Virus record (IMG/VR): IMGVR_UViG_3300001335_000125
Span: 9,891-73,890 of that record
Direction: 5' to 3' (one strand)
DNA: 64,000 bases
From: a virus
Taxonomy: Duplodnaviria; Caudoviricetes
The translations under genes were made by a program, and so were the position numbers. How positions within the stretch are numbered: position 1 is the first letter of the stretch; every line of letters begins with the position of its first letter. This document shows positions 48,623 through 58,130 of the stretch, in pieces. The notes under the pieces are model-generated. The model saw only the letters and a list, made by a program, of their open reading frames with translations. It searched no databases and was not told the DNA's origin.

Positions 48623-49597
48623 TTACTTGGCCAAAATAAGGTTGTTTGCGTTTGCTTGAATTGTTCCAGTACCATATCTCATTGTACAGGAAATACCTTT
48701 CAAGTCATGAATTGGATCATCATATTGTTCAACAGTCAAATCCCGTCTCATTGCAAGATAGGTAGATGCCTTTGAATCAATAACCAGTCCATAATAGTGA
48801 TTTGCACTATCAGTTGCATCCCAATATTTTGAAGTTGAACCAGTTGTTACCGTACAGGTATATGGTGTCATATTCATAATCTTAGGTATTTGTCCAGTTG
48901 TAAGAGGACCGGTGGTTCCAGCAAAGGCTGCATATGCAAGATTTGAATCTTGTAAGAGATATCCTTCTGCAGTTGGATGGAAAATCATCTTATCAGGCAT
49001 ATAGTTTGCAGCAGCAACTGCCGCTCTTGAACGTGCCAAATCAGATATTGAAATGTGTGCATCTGCAGGTTCGACTTCCGTAGTTCCTGCATCTGTCAGA
49101 ATCTCAAGAAGAACATCACGGTTAAGTTTGTTCTCCATTCTCATACCAGCTTTTTGAAGTTCAAGGTTCACGATATCAAAGAGACTGTCTTCGATTAACT
49201 CATTGGTGATGAGTGGTCGAGTACCAGTTTTCTTGATAACGATATCCTCCTTACTATATACTTGGGTATCAATTGGAACATTTGAACCTTCTGCAAGATC
49301 TTCTGCATAGGTTCCAGTTTCTCCCTTTACAACCCTTACTGAATAGGAATCTGTTCGAATGATTGGAACAATTTCCCTAAGACATTTCCAAGGTTCAGCA
49401 CCTTCTGAAATAGTGTTGTAGACTTCTTCTTGTAGAAGATTTGCTTGTTGTCTTGAATCTGATTGAAGTAATTCCTTCACATCTTTACCAAGGATTTTTT
49501 CTGTGGAATCCTTTCCAAGAAGTTCGCTTCTCTCAACATTTCCAGCATATGCTATTTCTAAAAGTTTTGTTAATTTATTACTCATGTTTATATCCAT
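48623..49597 (-). CDS. major capsid protein (HK97 fold)
   Basis: AEGSNVP..KKTGTRPLITNELIEDSLFD..; MIFHP; AMRRDLTVE..RYG. Confidence 0.85.
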   Translation of the reverse strand: MDINMSNKLTKLLEIAYAGNVERSELLGKDSTEKILGKDVKELLQSDSRQQANLLQEEVYNTISEGAEPWKCLREIVPIIRTDSYSVRVVKGETGTYAEDLAEGSNVPIDTQVYSKEDIVIKKTGTRPLITNELIEDSLFDIVNLELQKAGMRMENKLNRDVLLEILTDAGTTEVEPADAHISISDLARSRAAVAAANYMPDKMIFHPTAEGYLLQDSNLAYAAFAGTTGPLTTGQIPKIMNMTPYTCTVTTGSTSKYWDATDSANHYYGLVIDSKASTYLAMRRDLTVEQYDDPIHDLKGISCTMRYGTGTIQANANNLILAK

Positions 49598-49622
49598 ACT
49601 TTTTTAACAGTTTACATACTAT

Positions 49623-50021
49623 TTAAAGATTGTATCCATGTCCGAGAATTAATATTTCGCCATCTCCATAGTTAGAGGTGGCTGAGTTTGTTATGATTGC
49701 ACCACTATTGTAAGTGGCAGAGTCAGACACATAACCTCCAGCGATAACACCAACTTTGGTGCCTGCTGTTAATATTGATGAACTAGATAATTTACATTTT
49801 ACAATGTTACCTACACTATAGATAATAATGTCTTGACCATTGACTTTATTATACCCAGCAATGCCAAACATAATTTTATCGTTTGTGGTTGGTACTTTTA
49901 CAGTATATTCATCAACAAGGTATACTGCTTGTCCTTTATAGATACTACCAGATGCAGTATAGGTAAAACCTCCTGCGGGAGGTTGTATTATTACATCTTT
50001 ACTAACTTCTACAAAGGTCAT
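49623..50021 (-). CDS. capsid decoration-like protein (DUF2190-like), paralog 4
   Basis: TASGSIYKGQAVY..GIA. Confidence 0.6.
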   Translation of the reverse strand: MTFVEVSKDVIIQPPAGGFTYTASGSIYKGQAVYLVDEYTVKVPTTNDKIMFGIAGYNKVNGQDIIIYSVGNIVKCKLSSSSILTAGTKVGVIAGGYVSDSATYNSGAIITNSATSNYGDGEILILGHGYNL

Positions 50022-50407
50022 ATCAGTAAAACCTTACCTATTTTATTTGTTGTTGCAGTTTCAAAGGTATCTATAGATATTGCCATAGGACGTTCAGATG
50101 AGCATCTACTTGCTGACACAAATCCATTACTACTTGCATAGAGAAGTTCTCCAGGAGTTATTGACTCTGGGGATGTTGCGATTGCAAGGTTTCCTATTAA
50201 ATAGATTGTGCATTCGTCTCCATGGAGAGTGTAGTGGTCATTTATTCCAATACCATCACTACCAACAATAGTTGATGCAACAGTGTTGTCTGCTATTATT
50301 CTAACAGATTGACCACGATTCAGATTGCCACTAGCAGTAAAAAGGAAACCGAAGGTTCCTTCTTGATAGATTGTATCGTTTGTTAAATCTGAATTATCCC
50401 ATGACAT
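50018..50407 (-). CDS. capsid decoration-like protein, paralog 3
   Basis: TASGNLNRGQSV..GI. Confidence 0.6.
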   Translation of the reverse strand: MSWDNSDLTNDTIYQEGTFGFLFTASGNLNRGQSVRIIADNTVASTIVGSDGIGINDHYTLHGDECTIYLIGNLAIATSPESITPGELLYASSNGFVSASRCSSERPMAISIDTFETATTNKIGKVLLI

Positions 50408-50418
50408 AGACTATAACC

Positions 50419-50835
50419 TTATTTTAGCAGAACTTTAATAAATCCGTCTGCACCGCCACTGTCACTTAATGCTATTGCAGCACCGCTCATTGCAATTTCT
50501 TCAGCAGCACCATCAGTACAATCGTCCCAATCACCATCTGCAGCAACATATAACCAATCTCCAACAGAAACGGAGTCGTTTGATCTTGTCCAACATACTG
50601 CACCACAAGTGTAGACAGATATTGGGTTTCCAATTGTAGCTCCAATTGCTGCAATTCCTAAAGCTCTCTTATCCGCCCCAGTATTTCCGGGCATTACATA
50701 AGTTTGAGCAGATGCTCCAATTGTAGCTAGAGTAACTCCTTGACCTGCATAGATCGTTCCTGATGCCACACAATTAATTTTGTTCTCTTTACCTTGAATA
50801 CAGATATCTCTATCCGTTATAGCTGTCCATGCCAT
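50419..50835 (-). CDS. capsid decoration-like protein, paralog 2
   Basis: VASGTIYAGQGV..LGIA..VGDWLY. Confidence 0.6.
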   Translation of the reverse strand: MAWTAITDRDICIQGKENKINCVASGTIYAGQGVTLATIGASAQTYVMPGNTGADKRALGIAAIGATIGNPISVYTCGAVCWTRSNDSVSVGDWLYVAADGDWDDCTDGAAEEIAMSGAAIALSDSGGADGFIKVLLK

Positions 50836-50859
50836 AATAATTCTTCCTAATTTTATACA

Positions 50860-51264
50860 TTAATATAACATTACAGAGCATACATAATTTACTCCACTTG
50901 AACCTAATGTTGATTGTTCTAGAGTTATTCCGACAACCTTTTTAGAGTTACCTTTTGTAGATGTTAGAAGACCATCGTCTGTTGCATAAAGCAATGTGGA
51001 TGGATTATAAGATGAATCTACACAACATCTTACAATGTTTCCTTTGGTAAATACCCCAATTCTTCTTTCGCTTGTTGAATTTATAGATGCTATACCAATG
51101 GCATCACATTCATTAGCTGATGAGGTAGTTACTTTAACAGTCTTGGTATCACTAACATAAACTGCTTGCCCAGCGTATATCGTTTCTCCTGCAATAAAAT
51201 TAAATGCGTGATATCCATCCATATAGATGATATCATCCGTTACATCTGTAGTATACCAAGTCAT
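50860..51264 (-). CDS. capsid decoration-like protein, paralog 1
   Basis: IAGETIYAGQAVY..IGIA..VVGI. Confidence 0.6.
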   Translation of the reverse strand: MTWYTTDVTDDIIYMDGYHAFNFIAGETIYAGQAVYVSDTKTVKVTTSSANECDAIGIASINSTSERRIGVFTKGNIVRCCVDSSYNPSTLLYATDDGLLTSTKGNSKKVVGITLEQSTLGSSGVNYVCSVMLY

Positions 51265-51271
51265 AAATTAT

Positions 51272-53737
51272 CTACTCGTCTTTGTAGATTGTTCCAGGAC
51301 GTATTGGATCTCTCTTGAGTTTTGACTTAAATGACTTGTCTTTTATTTGATCTTTTACTTCTGGTACTTTATCAACTTTTGCTTTTGGCTTTTCTGCCTT
51401 TTCTAAGACTTCTATTCTCTTAGATAAAGCACTTATTTCATCATCTTTTGATTTTAGGGCTATTTCTAACTCGTCATTCTCTTTAGATGATTCAAATCCT
51501 TTAATAAGTTGCTCTATGGTAGATTTAAGCTCTTCAAAGTCTTTCTTTGTGGCATATGAATCTTCTTGTTCGGATTTCTCTTCTATAGTCTCTTCTGCCT
51601 TTTCTTCAATTGGTTCTTCGACTTCTAGAGACTCTTCTGACTTTTCTTCCATTAGCTCATCTTCTTCCTCTTCTTCTTCTTCCTCTTCCTCCTCTTCGTC
51701 CATTGGAGGTTCTGCTTTGAGGGTATCTAATGTGCCTTTGATGGCTTCGATTTCTTGAACAAGACTATTTATAATAGTTTTCATATCCATCTCTGAGTCC
51801 TCTGCTTTTTCTTCAGTAGGTGTCTCATCTTCTGGTTCTTCGGATTTTTCTTCAGTGCAATCTTTACACTCTTCCTTAGTAACCTCCGATTTTTCTTCTA
51901 CTGATTGTGGCTCTTCTTGTTCTTCGGACTTCTTAACACTTTTTCTTGCCATACTTTGTTCCCTTTCTTTATCACATATATCACATGATTTTGATATGAC
52001 TATAAACCCAGATTTCTCGTTTATTGGTTTGTCGCAATTATGAACAGAAATTAATGTTCCATTATATGAATTATCATCTTTAACTTCCAAATTCATAACT
52101 GTTCCATCATATCTAAATCTTTCTACAGACTTTATTGGTATATATACATAATCATTATCCCATTTTTCTAGGTGGTTCTCCTTTTTTGGATGTATTAATT
52201 CTTCACCCAATAGATTTCTTAGTGATGATTTCTCTAATCCAAGTGCCCATCCTTCTTGAACATGACATTTTCTTCCATCAATTGTGTGTATTCCTTCTTC
52301 TCTAGTTTTATACAATCCAACGAGAATACCAAACCTTAATAGAATTTCTTGGATAGACTTTAATAAATCCTTTGATACCGATGTGAACTTGTCACCACGG
52401 AAATAACCAATTAATAATTCTTTCTGAAATTCTAGTGGAAGACTATGAACCCATCTAGGAAAATATTTTTGTCCATACGTATATGGTTGTTTTTTGAACT
52501 GTTTAAGAAAATGATATGTTGCTTTGTCTCCAAAATCTATGTCAAATGTGTTTGTTTTTGTTTCTTTTTTATATGGTTTTCTTTTAATATTATTATGTAT
52601 TATTCCTAGAATATCATCAATATTTCTTTGTTCATGTTTTCCTGGATGTAGAATTATATGTCTGTTGTGTTCATTTTTACTTAAATTACCTTCTGCAATC
52701 CAATATCCAACAAACCTCCAAAAGTTTTTATCTAGTAATTGTTCCTTTTTTAATCCACCATTTTTATAGTTTCGAATTGATATCCATTCTTCATTCCATA
52801 AACTAAGAATTTCGTCATCATTCATTACCTTTTTATTAATTGGATATGCTAATAAATGTTCTGTTGGATTAATCTCTCCTGCTGGAATCCATTCACGAGA
52901 AAACTCTAATGGTTTGTATTCACACTCCCTCTTACAATTTGGCGTACAGGGTGTATTTTTCCATGATGGATATTTTTTACACATATTATATTTAGAAACT
53001 AAAACTCTATGATTTGGAGTTAATCTAAAATTATCAACAGTAAACCGTGGAGAAATGGATATCATATCTCCATGATACTCTCTGTTATATATTTTAGTTA
53101 TTGGTTTATAATTTCCCTCGTGCGTTTTAACTAAATCTCCTATTTTAAGACTTGATATTGGTTTACTGGATGAGTCACAAGTTATTAGTTGGTCTGGCGG
53201 AACGCATATCGAAATCTCAAATACATTCATTTTATCTATTACAGTAACACATTTTTCAGCATTGCATTCTTCGTGATCTAATAAAACTTCTGCAGCGATT
53301 GAGAAACCTGTTATTTCTTTAGATAATATACGATCCCACATATCATTAGCGATTTCTAAGTCATTTCTAATAGATGCTACTATGTATAATCCTTTGTCAT
53401 CTACATGGGTTTTTAAGTCTCCCCATGACTCCAATACTTTACCAATTTGAATATTATTATGAGTAATCATAAGATTTGCATAATCTGCATTTTTAAGGAG
53501 AGTTTGAATTCCATTCTCTAATGTAGATTTAGGAATGAGTTGATTCTCCCTATCAACTTCTATAACGGATGCATACCCTGCTATGATTCTATCCGATGAT
53601 TTATCGGCTTTTTCAATAATTCCTAGATTTCCATTAATAGATACAGGAACATGTGTATAGTTATCTTTCTTTTCAGAGTTATAAGAAATTTCTACATTAA
53701 CTCCGGTTTCTGGGTCAGTAAATTTAACTCGTTTCAT
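51272..53737 (-). CDS. prohead protease (HK97-type) with an intein and an acidic scaffold-like C-terminus
   Basis: IAGYAS..DRE..H..IG..GLY..GFSI..EISI|CDKPIN; E/K-rich tail. Confidence 0.85.
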   Translation of the reverse strand: MKRVKFTDPETGVNVEISYNSEKKDNYTHVPVSINGNLGIIEKADKSSDRIIAGYASVIEVDRENQLIPKSTLENGIQTLLKNADYANLMITHNNIQIGKVLESWGDLKTHVDDKGLYIVASIRNDLEIANDMWDRILSKEITGFSIAAEVLLDHEECNAEKCVTVIDKMNVFEISICVPPDQLITCDSSSKPISSLKIGDLVKTHEGNYKPITKIYNREYHGDMISISPRFTVDNFRLTPNHRVLVSKYNMCKKYPSWKNTPCTPNCKRECEYKPLEFSREWIPAGEINPTEHLLAYPINKKVMNDDEILSLWNEEWISIRNYKNGGLKKEQLLDKNFWRFVGYWIAEGNLSKNEHNRHIILHPGKHEQRNIDDILGIIHNNIKRKPYKKETKTNTFDIDFGDKATYHFLKQFKKQPYTYGQKYFPRWVHSLPLEFQKELLIGYFRGDKFTSVSKDLLKSIQEILLRFGILVGLYKTREEGIHTIDGRKCHVQEGWALGLEKSSLRNLLGEELIHPKKENHLEKWDNDYVYIPIKSVERFRYDGTVMNLEVKDDNSYNGTLISVHNCDKPINEKSGFIVISKSCDICDKEREQSMARKSVKKSEEQEEPQSVEEKSEVTKEECKDCTEEKSEEPEDETPTEEKAEDSEMDMKTIINSLVQEIEAIKGTLDTLKAEPPMDEEEEEEEEEEEEDELMEEKSEESLEVEEPIEEKAEETIEEKSEQEDSYATKKDFEELKSTIEQLIKGFESSKENDELEIALKSKDDEISALSKRIEVLEKAEKPKAKVDKVPEVKDQIKDKSFKSKLKRDPIRPGTIYKDE
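52037..53206 (-). mobile_element. intein in the prohead protease (390 aa) with LAGLIDADG endonuclease
   Basis: starts CVPPDQLIT, ends ISVHN followed by Cys; VGYWIAEG and GYFRGD blocks. Confidence 0.88.
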
Positions 53738-53741
53738 ATTA

Positions 53742-54014
53742 TCACAATATTGATGCTGTTATCCAACCTATAACAACAATTAGCATAGAAGTACCACCAG
53801 CAATTTCTGCAGTCTTAATATCACGTTTTCTGTTGTCAGAACGTATTTGAGAAATCTCTTTCTGCAGAGTTTCTTTTGTTGACTTTATTTCGACTTTCAT
53901 TTCTTTAAGTTCACAAGTTATATCCTTAAGTGCTTGTACTGTCTGACCTCTCCACTCTGCATACTCCATCCATCTGCTAAAATCGTTATCCATTTCTCTC
54001 TCCACTTTAAACAT
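53742..54014 (-). CDS. coiled-coil protein with a C-terminal transmembrane helix (holin/XhlA-like)
   Basis: IAGGTSMLIVVIGWITASIL hydrophobic tail. Confidence 0.55.
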   Translation of the reverse strand: MFKVEREMDNDFSRWMEYAEWRGQTVQALKDITCELKEMKVEIKSTKETLQKEISQIRSDNRKRDIKTAEIAGGTSMLIVVIGWITASIL

Positions 54015-54442
54015 TATTGGGGTACAAATATCTCTATGGCACCAGAAGTACCATTATATATGAGTGGTACACATATAATAAGATATTTTGTCCCCTTTTT
54101 GGATTCATAGTTTGATATATAAACTCGTCTTTCTTCTATAGATTTTTTAACAGCACAGTTATCACATACACTATCAATACCAAATATCTCTTTATAACAC
54201 AACTTTCCCATATGGAGTTGTTTCTTTCCCAAATCTTCTTCTATGTGTTTAAGGGATGCTTCATTCATATAGATGATTTTATAATCTTTAGATATTATTG
54301 CTGTTGGTGTTTTTATTTTACTTAAAATATCTATACAATAGGCATAGGACTTTCCGAATTGTTTCTCATTAACCTCACGGGCTAGACTATAGGTTAGTTT
54401 TTCTAAATCTATCAATCGATCTTCAAGAACTTCTAAAGACAC
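54014..54442 (-). CDS. stand-alone PAS-domain protein
   Basis: PTAIISKDYKIIYMNEAS..GKLCYKEIFGIDSVCDNC..YLIICVP; GTG start with GAGGTG RBS. Confidence 0.75.
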   Translation of the reverse strand: MSLEVLEDRLIDLEKLTYSLAREVNEKQFGKSYAYCIDILSKIKTPTAIISKDYKIIYMNEASLKHIEEDLGKKQLHMGKLCYKEIFGIDSVCDNCAVKKSIEERRVYISNYESKKGTKYLIICVPLIYNGTSGAIEIFVPQ

Positions 54443-54454
54443 TCTACCACCTCA

Positions 54455-54634
54455 TTATGGCTGGGTCATTGGCTCCCACATTCCTGATGTTGAATTCCAT
54501 ACATATAAGCAACAAGCTAATGCGTTGGAGTCCGTATGTCCTGATATCGGAAATCCCATAAAATTATAAATATGAGTTGTATATGCTCCTCCTGCCTTTG
54601 CACTAGATAGTTGATATCCTCCAATCAAACTCAT
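54455..54634 (-). CDS. 59-aa hypothetical protein (not in the ORF track)
   Basis: MSLIGGYQLSSAKAGG...WNSTSGMWEPMTQP; GAGGAG RBS; fills the gap exactly. Confidence 0.55.
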   Translation of the reverse strand: MSLIGGYQLSSAKAGGAYTTHIYNFMGFPISGHTDSNALACCLYVWNSTSGMWEPMTQP

Positions 54635-54647
54635 TTTCTCTCTCCTC

Positions 54648-54851
54648 TTATTTACATTTATCCAATAATAACTGTATTCTTTCTAAAGATTTGTATAAGG
54701 ATTCGTATATACTATGTTTCTTGCTACGTCTCCACATAGAATAACATATAGCAACTGCTTGATCTTTTGGTCTTCCTTCACGAATAACTACTGGAACACA
54801 TCTTCCAATAAATTCACTTTGAGTTTCTCCCTTGCGGGGTGGAGTCGGCAT
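54648..54851 (-). CDS. small head-module protein
   Basis: MPTPPRKGETQSEFIGRC..QAVAICYSMW. Confidence 0.55.
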   Translation of the reverse strand: MPTPPRKGETQSEFIGRCVPVVIREGRPKDQAVAICYSMWRRSKKHSIYESLYKSLERIQLLLDKCK

Positions 54852-54865
54852 TTTCTTTCCTCACT

Positions 54866-55159
54866 TTATCTTACAACAAACGCATGCCAATGGTCTTCTA
54901 CAATCATTGGTTTACATTGTAATCGGACAGATGCTCCATACAAATTTCTTGTTTCGTAGAGTATTCTGCCCCATAAACTATTGGATATCACATCTATATG
55001 GTCTCTAACCACAACAATTGGTGTTCTTTTACCCTCTATAATGACAAAATCGGATGATTTTAGGTTATCTTTATCTATAAATAGATATTTTTGACCTGAA
55101 TTTAAGAAAATTGAGCATAGAGGACACCCCTTAATGAGGTTGTGATTAATATCAACCAT
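54866..55159 (-). CDS. hypothetical protein (possible HIT/zinc-binding type)
   Basis: GCPLCSIF..HWHAF. Confidence 0.45.
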   Translation of the reverse strand: MVDINHNLIKGCPLCSIFLNSGQKYLFIDKDNLKSSDFVIIEGKRTPIVVVRDHIDVISNSLWGRILYETRNLYGASVRLQCKPMIVEDHWHAFVVR

Positions 55160-55163
55160 GGTA

Positions 55164-55373
55164 TCATATAAATCTTAATGTTTTCTCATCATCTTTCTTA
55201 ATAGAAAGGTAGTTTGAGATGTGTAATTCAGAGTTTAGGATGCAAATATCACATTTTTTATCACGATTTTGACAAATTTCGTAATAAATACAGTTAACTT
55301 TTGGTTTTTCCATTAAAATCACCTTATATGAGCGTCGGCACACGCTCCAAGGTCCCCATATATTACAGCACAA
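55164..55373 (-). CDS. small Cys-rich protein
   Basis: CIYYEIC..CDIC; start probably at the internal MEKPK. Confidence 0.4.
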   Translation of the reverse strand: MCCNIWGPWSVCRRSYKVILMEKPKVNCIYYEICQNRDKKCDICILNSELHISNYLSIKKDDEKTLRFI

Positions 55374-55726
55374 CCAATAAAATCGATATCAGTTGCAAAT
55401 AATTTGTTGGTTTCCGTGTCTCTTCTGTCTAAAGATTGTAATTCTACTGATAATGCATTAACTAATCCTGCATCTATGAGTGCTACCGTGTCTTTTCCGG
55501 CACTTGTAACAGTATTTATGTATAGATTTGCCTTTACTGCGTTATCTTCCCAATGTGGACTCTGAATTGTACCTATTGTATTGAGTACTTTCCACTCATG
55601 ATCAAGATTTAGAGTGTTTTTTAGCCATCTTGTAGATGCCGTTTGAAGTTCTCGTGGAGTATAATTAATTTCTGACCTAGATGCCATATCTGTCCATGCA
55701 CCGGGTGTTATAAGTGTAGCATTCAT
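55319..55726 (-). CDS. second prohead-protease-like protein
   Basis: GAWTD..Y....L..LNLDHE..IG..LSVE..FIGCAV pattern; probable ATG at 55726. Confidence 0.55.
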   Translation of the reverse strand: MNATLITPGAWTDMASRSEINYTPRELQTASTRWLKNTLNLDHEWKVLNTIGTIQSPHWEDNAVKANLYINTVTSAGKDTVALIDAGLVNALSVELQSLDRRDTETNKLFATDIDFIGCAVIYGDLGACADAHIR

Positions 55727-55745
55727 ATAGACTCTTGTGTTAGAA

Positions 55746-58130
55746 TTACTCTTTTGTATTATCTTCTTCTGGTACTTCAGTGGTATCTGAAGTTGATGTC
55801 TCGTCTTCTTCATCTTCTTCCTCATCTTCTTCTTCAACAGGAGCACCTTCATTTGGAGATGATGAATTATCTAGTAACTCATCAAGTCCTTTTATAGGAT
55901 CTAATCCAAATTGTGCTCTAAATTCGTTACCTGTAAATGGTATCTCCCCACGAAATCCACGTAGAATGTTACCCCACCATTTGGCTCGGAGAGCATCATC
56001 CTCTTCAGTAACGCTATTAAACTGAATATTAACCCAATTCTTTGGGTCTTCCATATCAAATCCATTCTCGTCAAGATATAATTTAAATAATTCATTCTCT
56101 AATGTTAAAGATAGTTTGTTTTGCAGACCTTTGATGGTACGTTCATAGAGAATTGCCTTTGTTATTGCTGTTGCATTCGTAGAATTTCCAGTAATAACAC
56201 ACTTTCCATTAAGTCTTGTAAGGATTAAACCATTATCTACTGTTACACAGTAAGCTTTTCCTTTATAGGGAACTAGCTTATGCATATCTACATGCCCATT
56301 GGCCTCTTTAATACAAATTTCTGGAGTTAGGTTATATTCATTTCTTGTTACGGTATATTGTAGAAAATTACATTTTCCAATAATATTATCACCAATTTTA
56401 ACGTCCTCTCCAATTCTATCTCTTACATAAATTGATGAACCGTATCCCATCTTTAGGATAATTTCTTGAACATCATCAGCTAATTGCTTGGAGGATGTAA
56501 AATAATTTTTCTGACAACCATCCCCAAACATAAGAGCATCATAAAGAATATTTAACTTATCTTTTGGAAGATTTTTAATGTGTTTTGGGATATATTTTTT
56601 ATTTGATTTACCAAATGGATAAAGAAATTCACCTAATTGTTTATCATAAATTCTAATACTATCCATATGTTTGTAGATTTTAAATGGAAGATTATTAATA
56701 TCCTCATATATCTTTTCCAAGTCTTCTTCATGAGTTTGTTTAATACTTATCGTATAGCTACCGTCCTTATCAATCGATGTTGAGCCTTCTGAAAGATAAT
56801 ATCCAAGGAACTTCAACCACAAATCCATAGAAATCTCTTTTTGAGGATATTCTCCAACAATAACAGAATTTTTATATTGATTTCCATGTATTCTTGGAAC
56901 TGATGGAATTATTTCAAACTCTAGAGGAGTCCCTTCCCATTCCATTCCTCCTACAATCATTTCAAATCTACTTGGTAACTCCTTTGCTTGACATATCTCA
57001 AAGTTATCCTTATGTTGCTTTCTATGAAGAACTCTATGATCCTGTGTACATAATAGATTGAATGTTTGGGCTTCTATATTAAATAAATCCTCATCCAAAT
57101 CATACTCCCAAGTCTTAAGATTTTGTTGCCATTCCATAGTATTTGTATCATTATTATACGTCATTATTATGTCATCGTCTTTGACTTGATTTATATTAAT
57201 AAATCCCCTTCCTTTTACCAATATTTCTGTATCAGGGTGCAAAATTCCACGACCCATTCCAAGGGCCTCTTCTGGACACATAAGTCCTACTATCATTTGA
57301 GTTTGGAATAAATCAAAATATTCACGTACACCTTGTATACCTTTTTCATCAATTGTATCTATCTTAATGAACCATGGTACTATGAACTCATTTTTAGATG
57401 TTATGTCCTCAAATTCTTCCTTAATGTCATCCATTATTGCTGATGGAGGTACTTGACCGTCCTTTTCCGATCCAACCGAGATGACATATTTTGCTGTATG
57501 TCGTTGAATTGCATTGAATAGGGATTCGTCGGTAGCTATCTTTCTATCTATGGTATCCATACTTGGTGCTAATAACGATAATCCATATGGAGATCCAGGT
57601 ATCGGGAATACCTTAAGATGGAGGATGTTTTCTGGTTTTAGAGGAGGCTCTATTAATCTACCACCAATATATTGTTGATAATCAACTATATCACCATATT
57701 CGTCACTATTGACAATCATTGTACGAGGATCAATAGTTTTGAGACGGGCTATTTCTTTCTTACCATTAAAAACTCTCTCAGTAAATGAGTCTCCGAAGAT
57801 AAGACTATTCTTAACCATCTCCTCTGCAACATTTAGTATTTTTACTTTTTTACAGAGAGCATCTATCATTTCTTGTGCTTTAGGATTTTCTGATTTAAGA
57901 ATAAATCCAACCATCACAGTATTTAGTGCCATACTGTTTATAGATGCAAATATAGTTCCTTCTCCAGCATAATAATCCCAATAAGTACGGAGTTGTGAGA
58001 TTGTTCTTTCTTTGGATGATATTTGTGATGTTTTTCCTTTTGATCCAGTACGAACAACGGATTTGGGTCTACCATCTTCTTTTAGGTATTTAATTTTCTT
58101 AGAGAATGGGTTAAGATTAACTCTCGCCAT
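55746..58130 (-). CDS. portal protein with an intein; spliced product about 440 aa
   Basis: IFGDSFTE, IDPRTM, ILHLK..PYGLS, PEEALGMGRG|STNATA, NEFRAQFGLDPI. Confidence 0.88.
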   Translation of the reverse strand: MARVNLNPFSKKIKYLKEDGRPKSVVRTGSKGKTSQISSKERTISQLRTYWDYYAGEGTIFASINSMALNTVMVGFILKSENPKAQEMIDALCKKVKILNVAEEMVKNSLIFGDSFTERVFNGKKEIARLKTIDPRTMIVNSDEYGDIVDYQQYIGGRLIEPPLKPENILHLKVFPIPGSPYGLSLLAPSMDTIDRKIATDESLFNAIQRHTAKYVISVGSEKDGQVPPSAIMDDIKEEFEDITSKNEFIVPWFIKIDTIDEKGIQGVREYFDLFQTQMIVGLMCPEEALGMGRGILHPDTEILVKGRGFININQVKDDDIIMTYNNDTNTMEWQQNLKTWEYDLDEDLFNIEAQTFNLLCTQDHRVLHRKQHKDNFEICQAKELPSRFEMIVGGMEWEGTPLEFEIIPSVPRIHGNQYKNSVIVGEYPQKEISMDLWLKFLGYYLSEGSTSIDKDGSYTISIKQTHEEDLEKIYEDINNLPFKIYKHMDSIRIYDKQLGEFLYPFGKSNKKYIPKHIKNLPKDKLNILYDALMFGDGCQKNYFTSSKQLADDVQEIILKMGYGSSIYVRDRIGEDVKIGDNIIGKCNFLQYTVTRNEYNLTPEICIKEANGHVDMHKLVPYKGKAYCVTVDNGLILTRLNGKCVITGNSTNATAITKAILYERTIKGLQNKLSLTLENELFKLYLDENGFDMEDPKNWVNIQFNSVTEEDDALRAKWWGNILRGFRGEIPFTGNEFRAQFGLDPIKGLDELLDNSSSPNEGAPVEEEDEEEDEEDETSTSDTTEVPEEDNTKE
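56184..57245 (-). mobile_element. intein in the portal (354 aa), atypical Ile at position 1, with LAGLIDADG endonuclease
   Basis: starts ILHPDTEIL, TQDH block B, LGYYLSEG, LMFGDG, AYCVTV block F, ends ITGN followed by Ser. Confidence 0.85.

Noticed and set aside
51655-51705. (GAA/GAG)n tracts as microsatellites or contingency loci (also 6270-6330, 55800-55835)
   Set aside because: They are impure and in frame, encoding poly-Glu in scaffold, portal tail and the acidic protein; there is no sign of frame switching.
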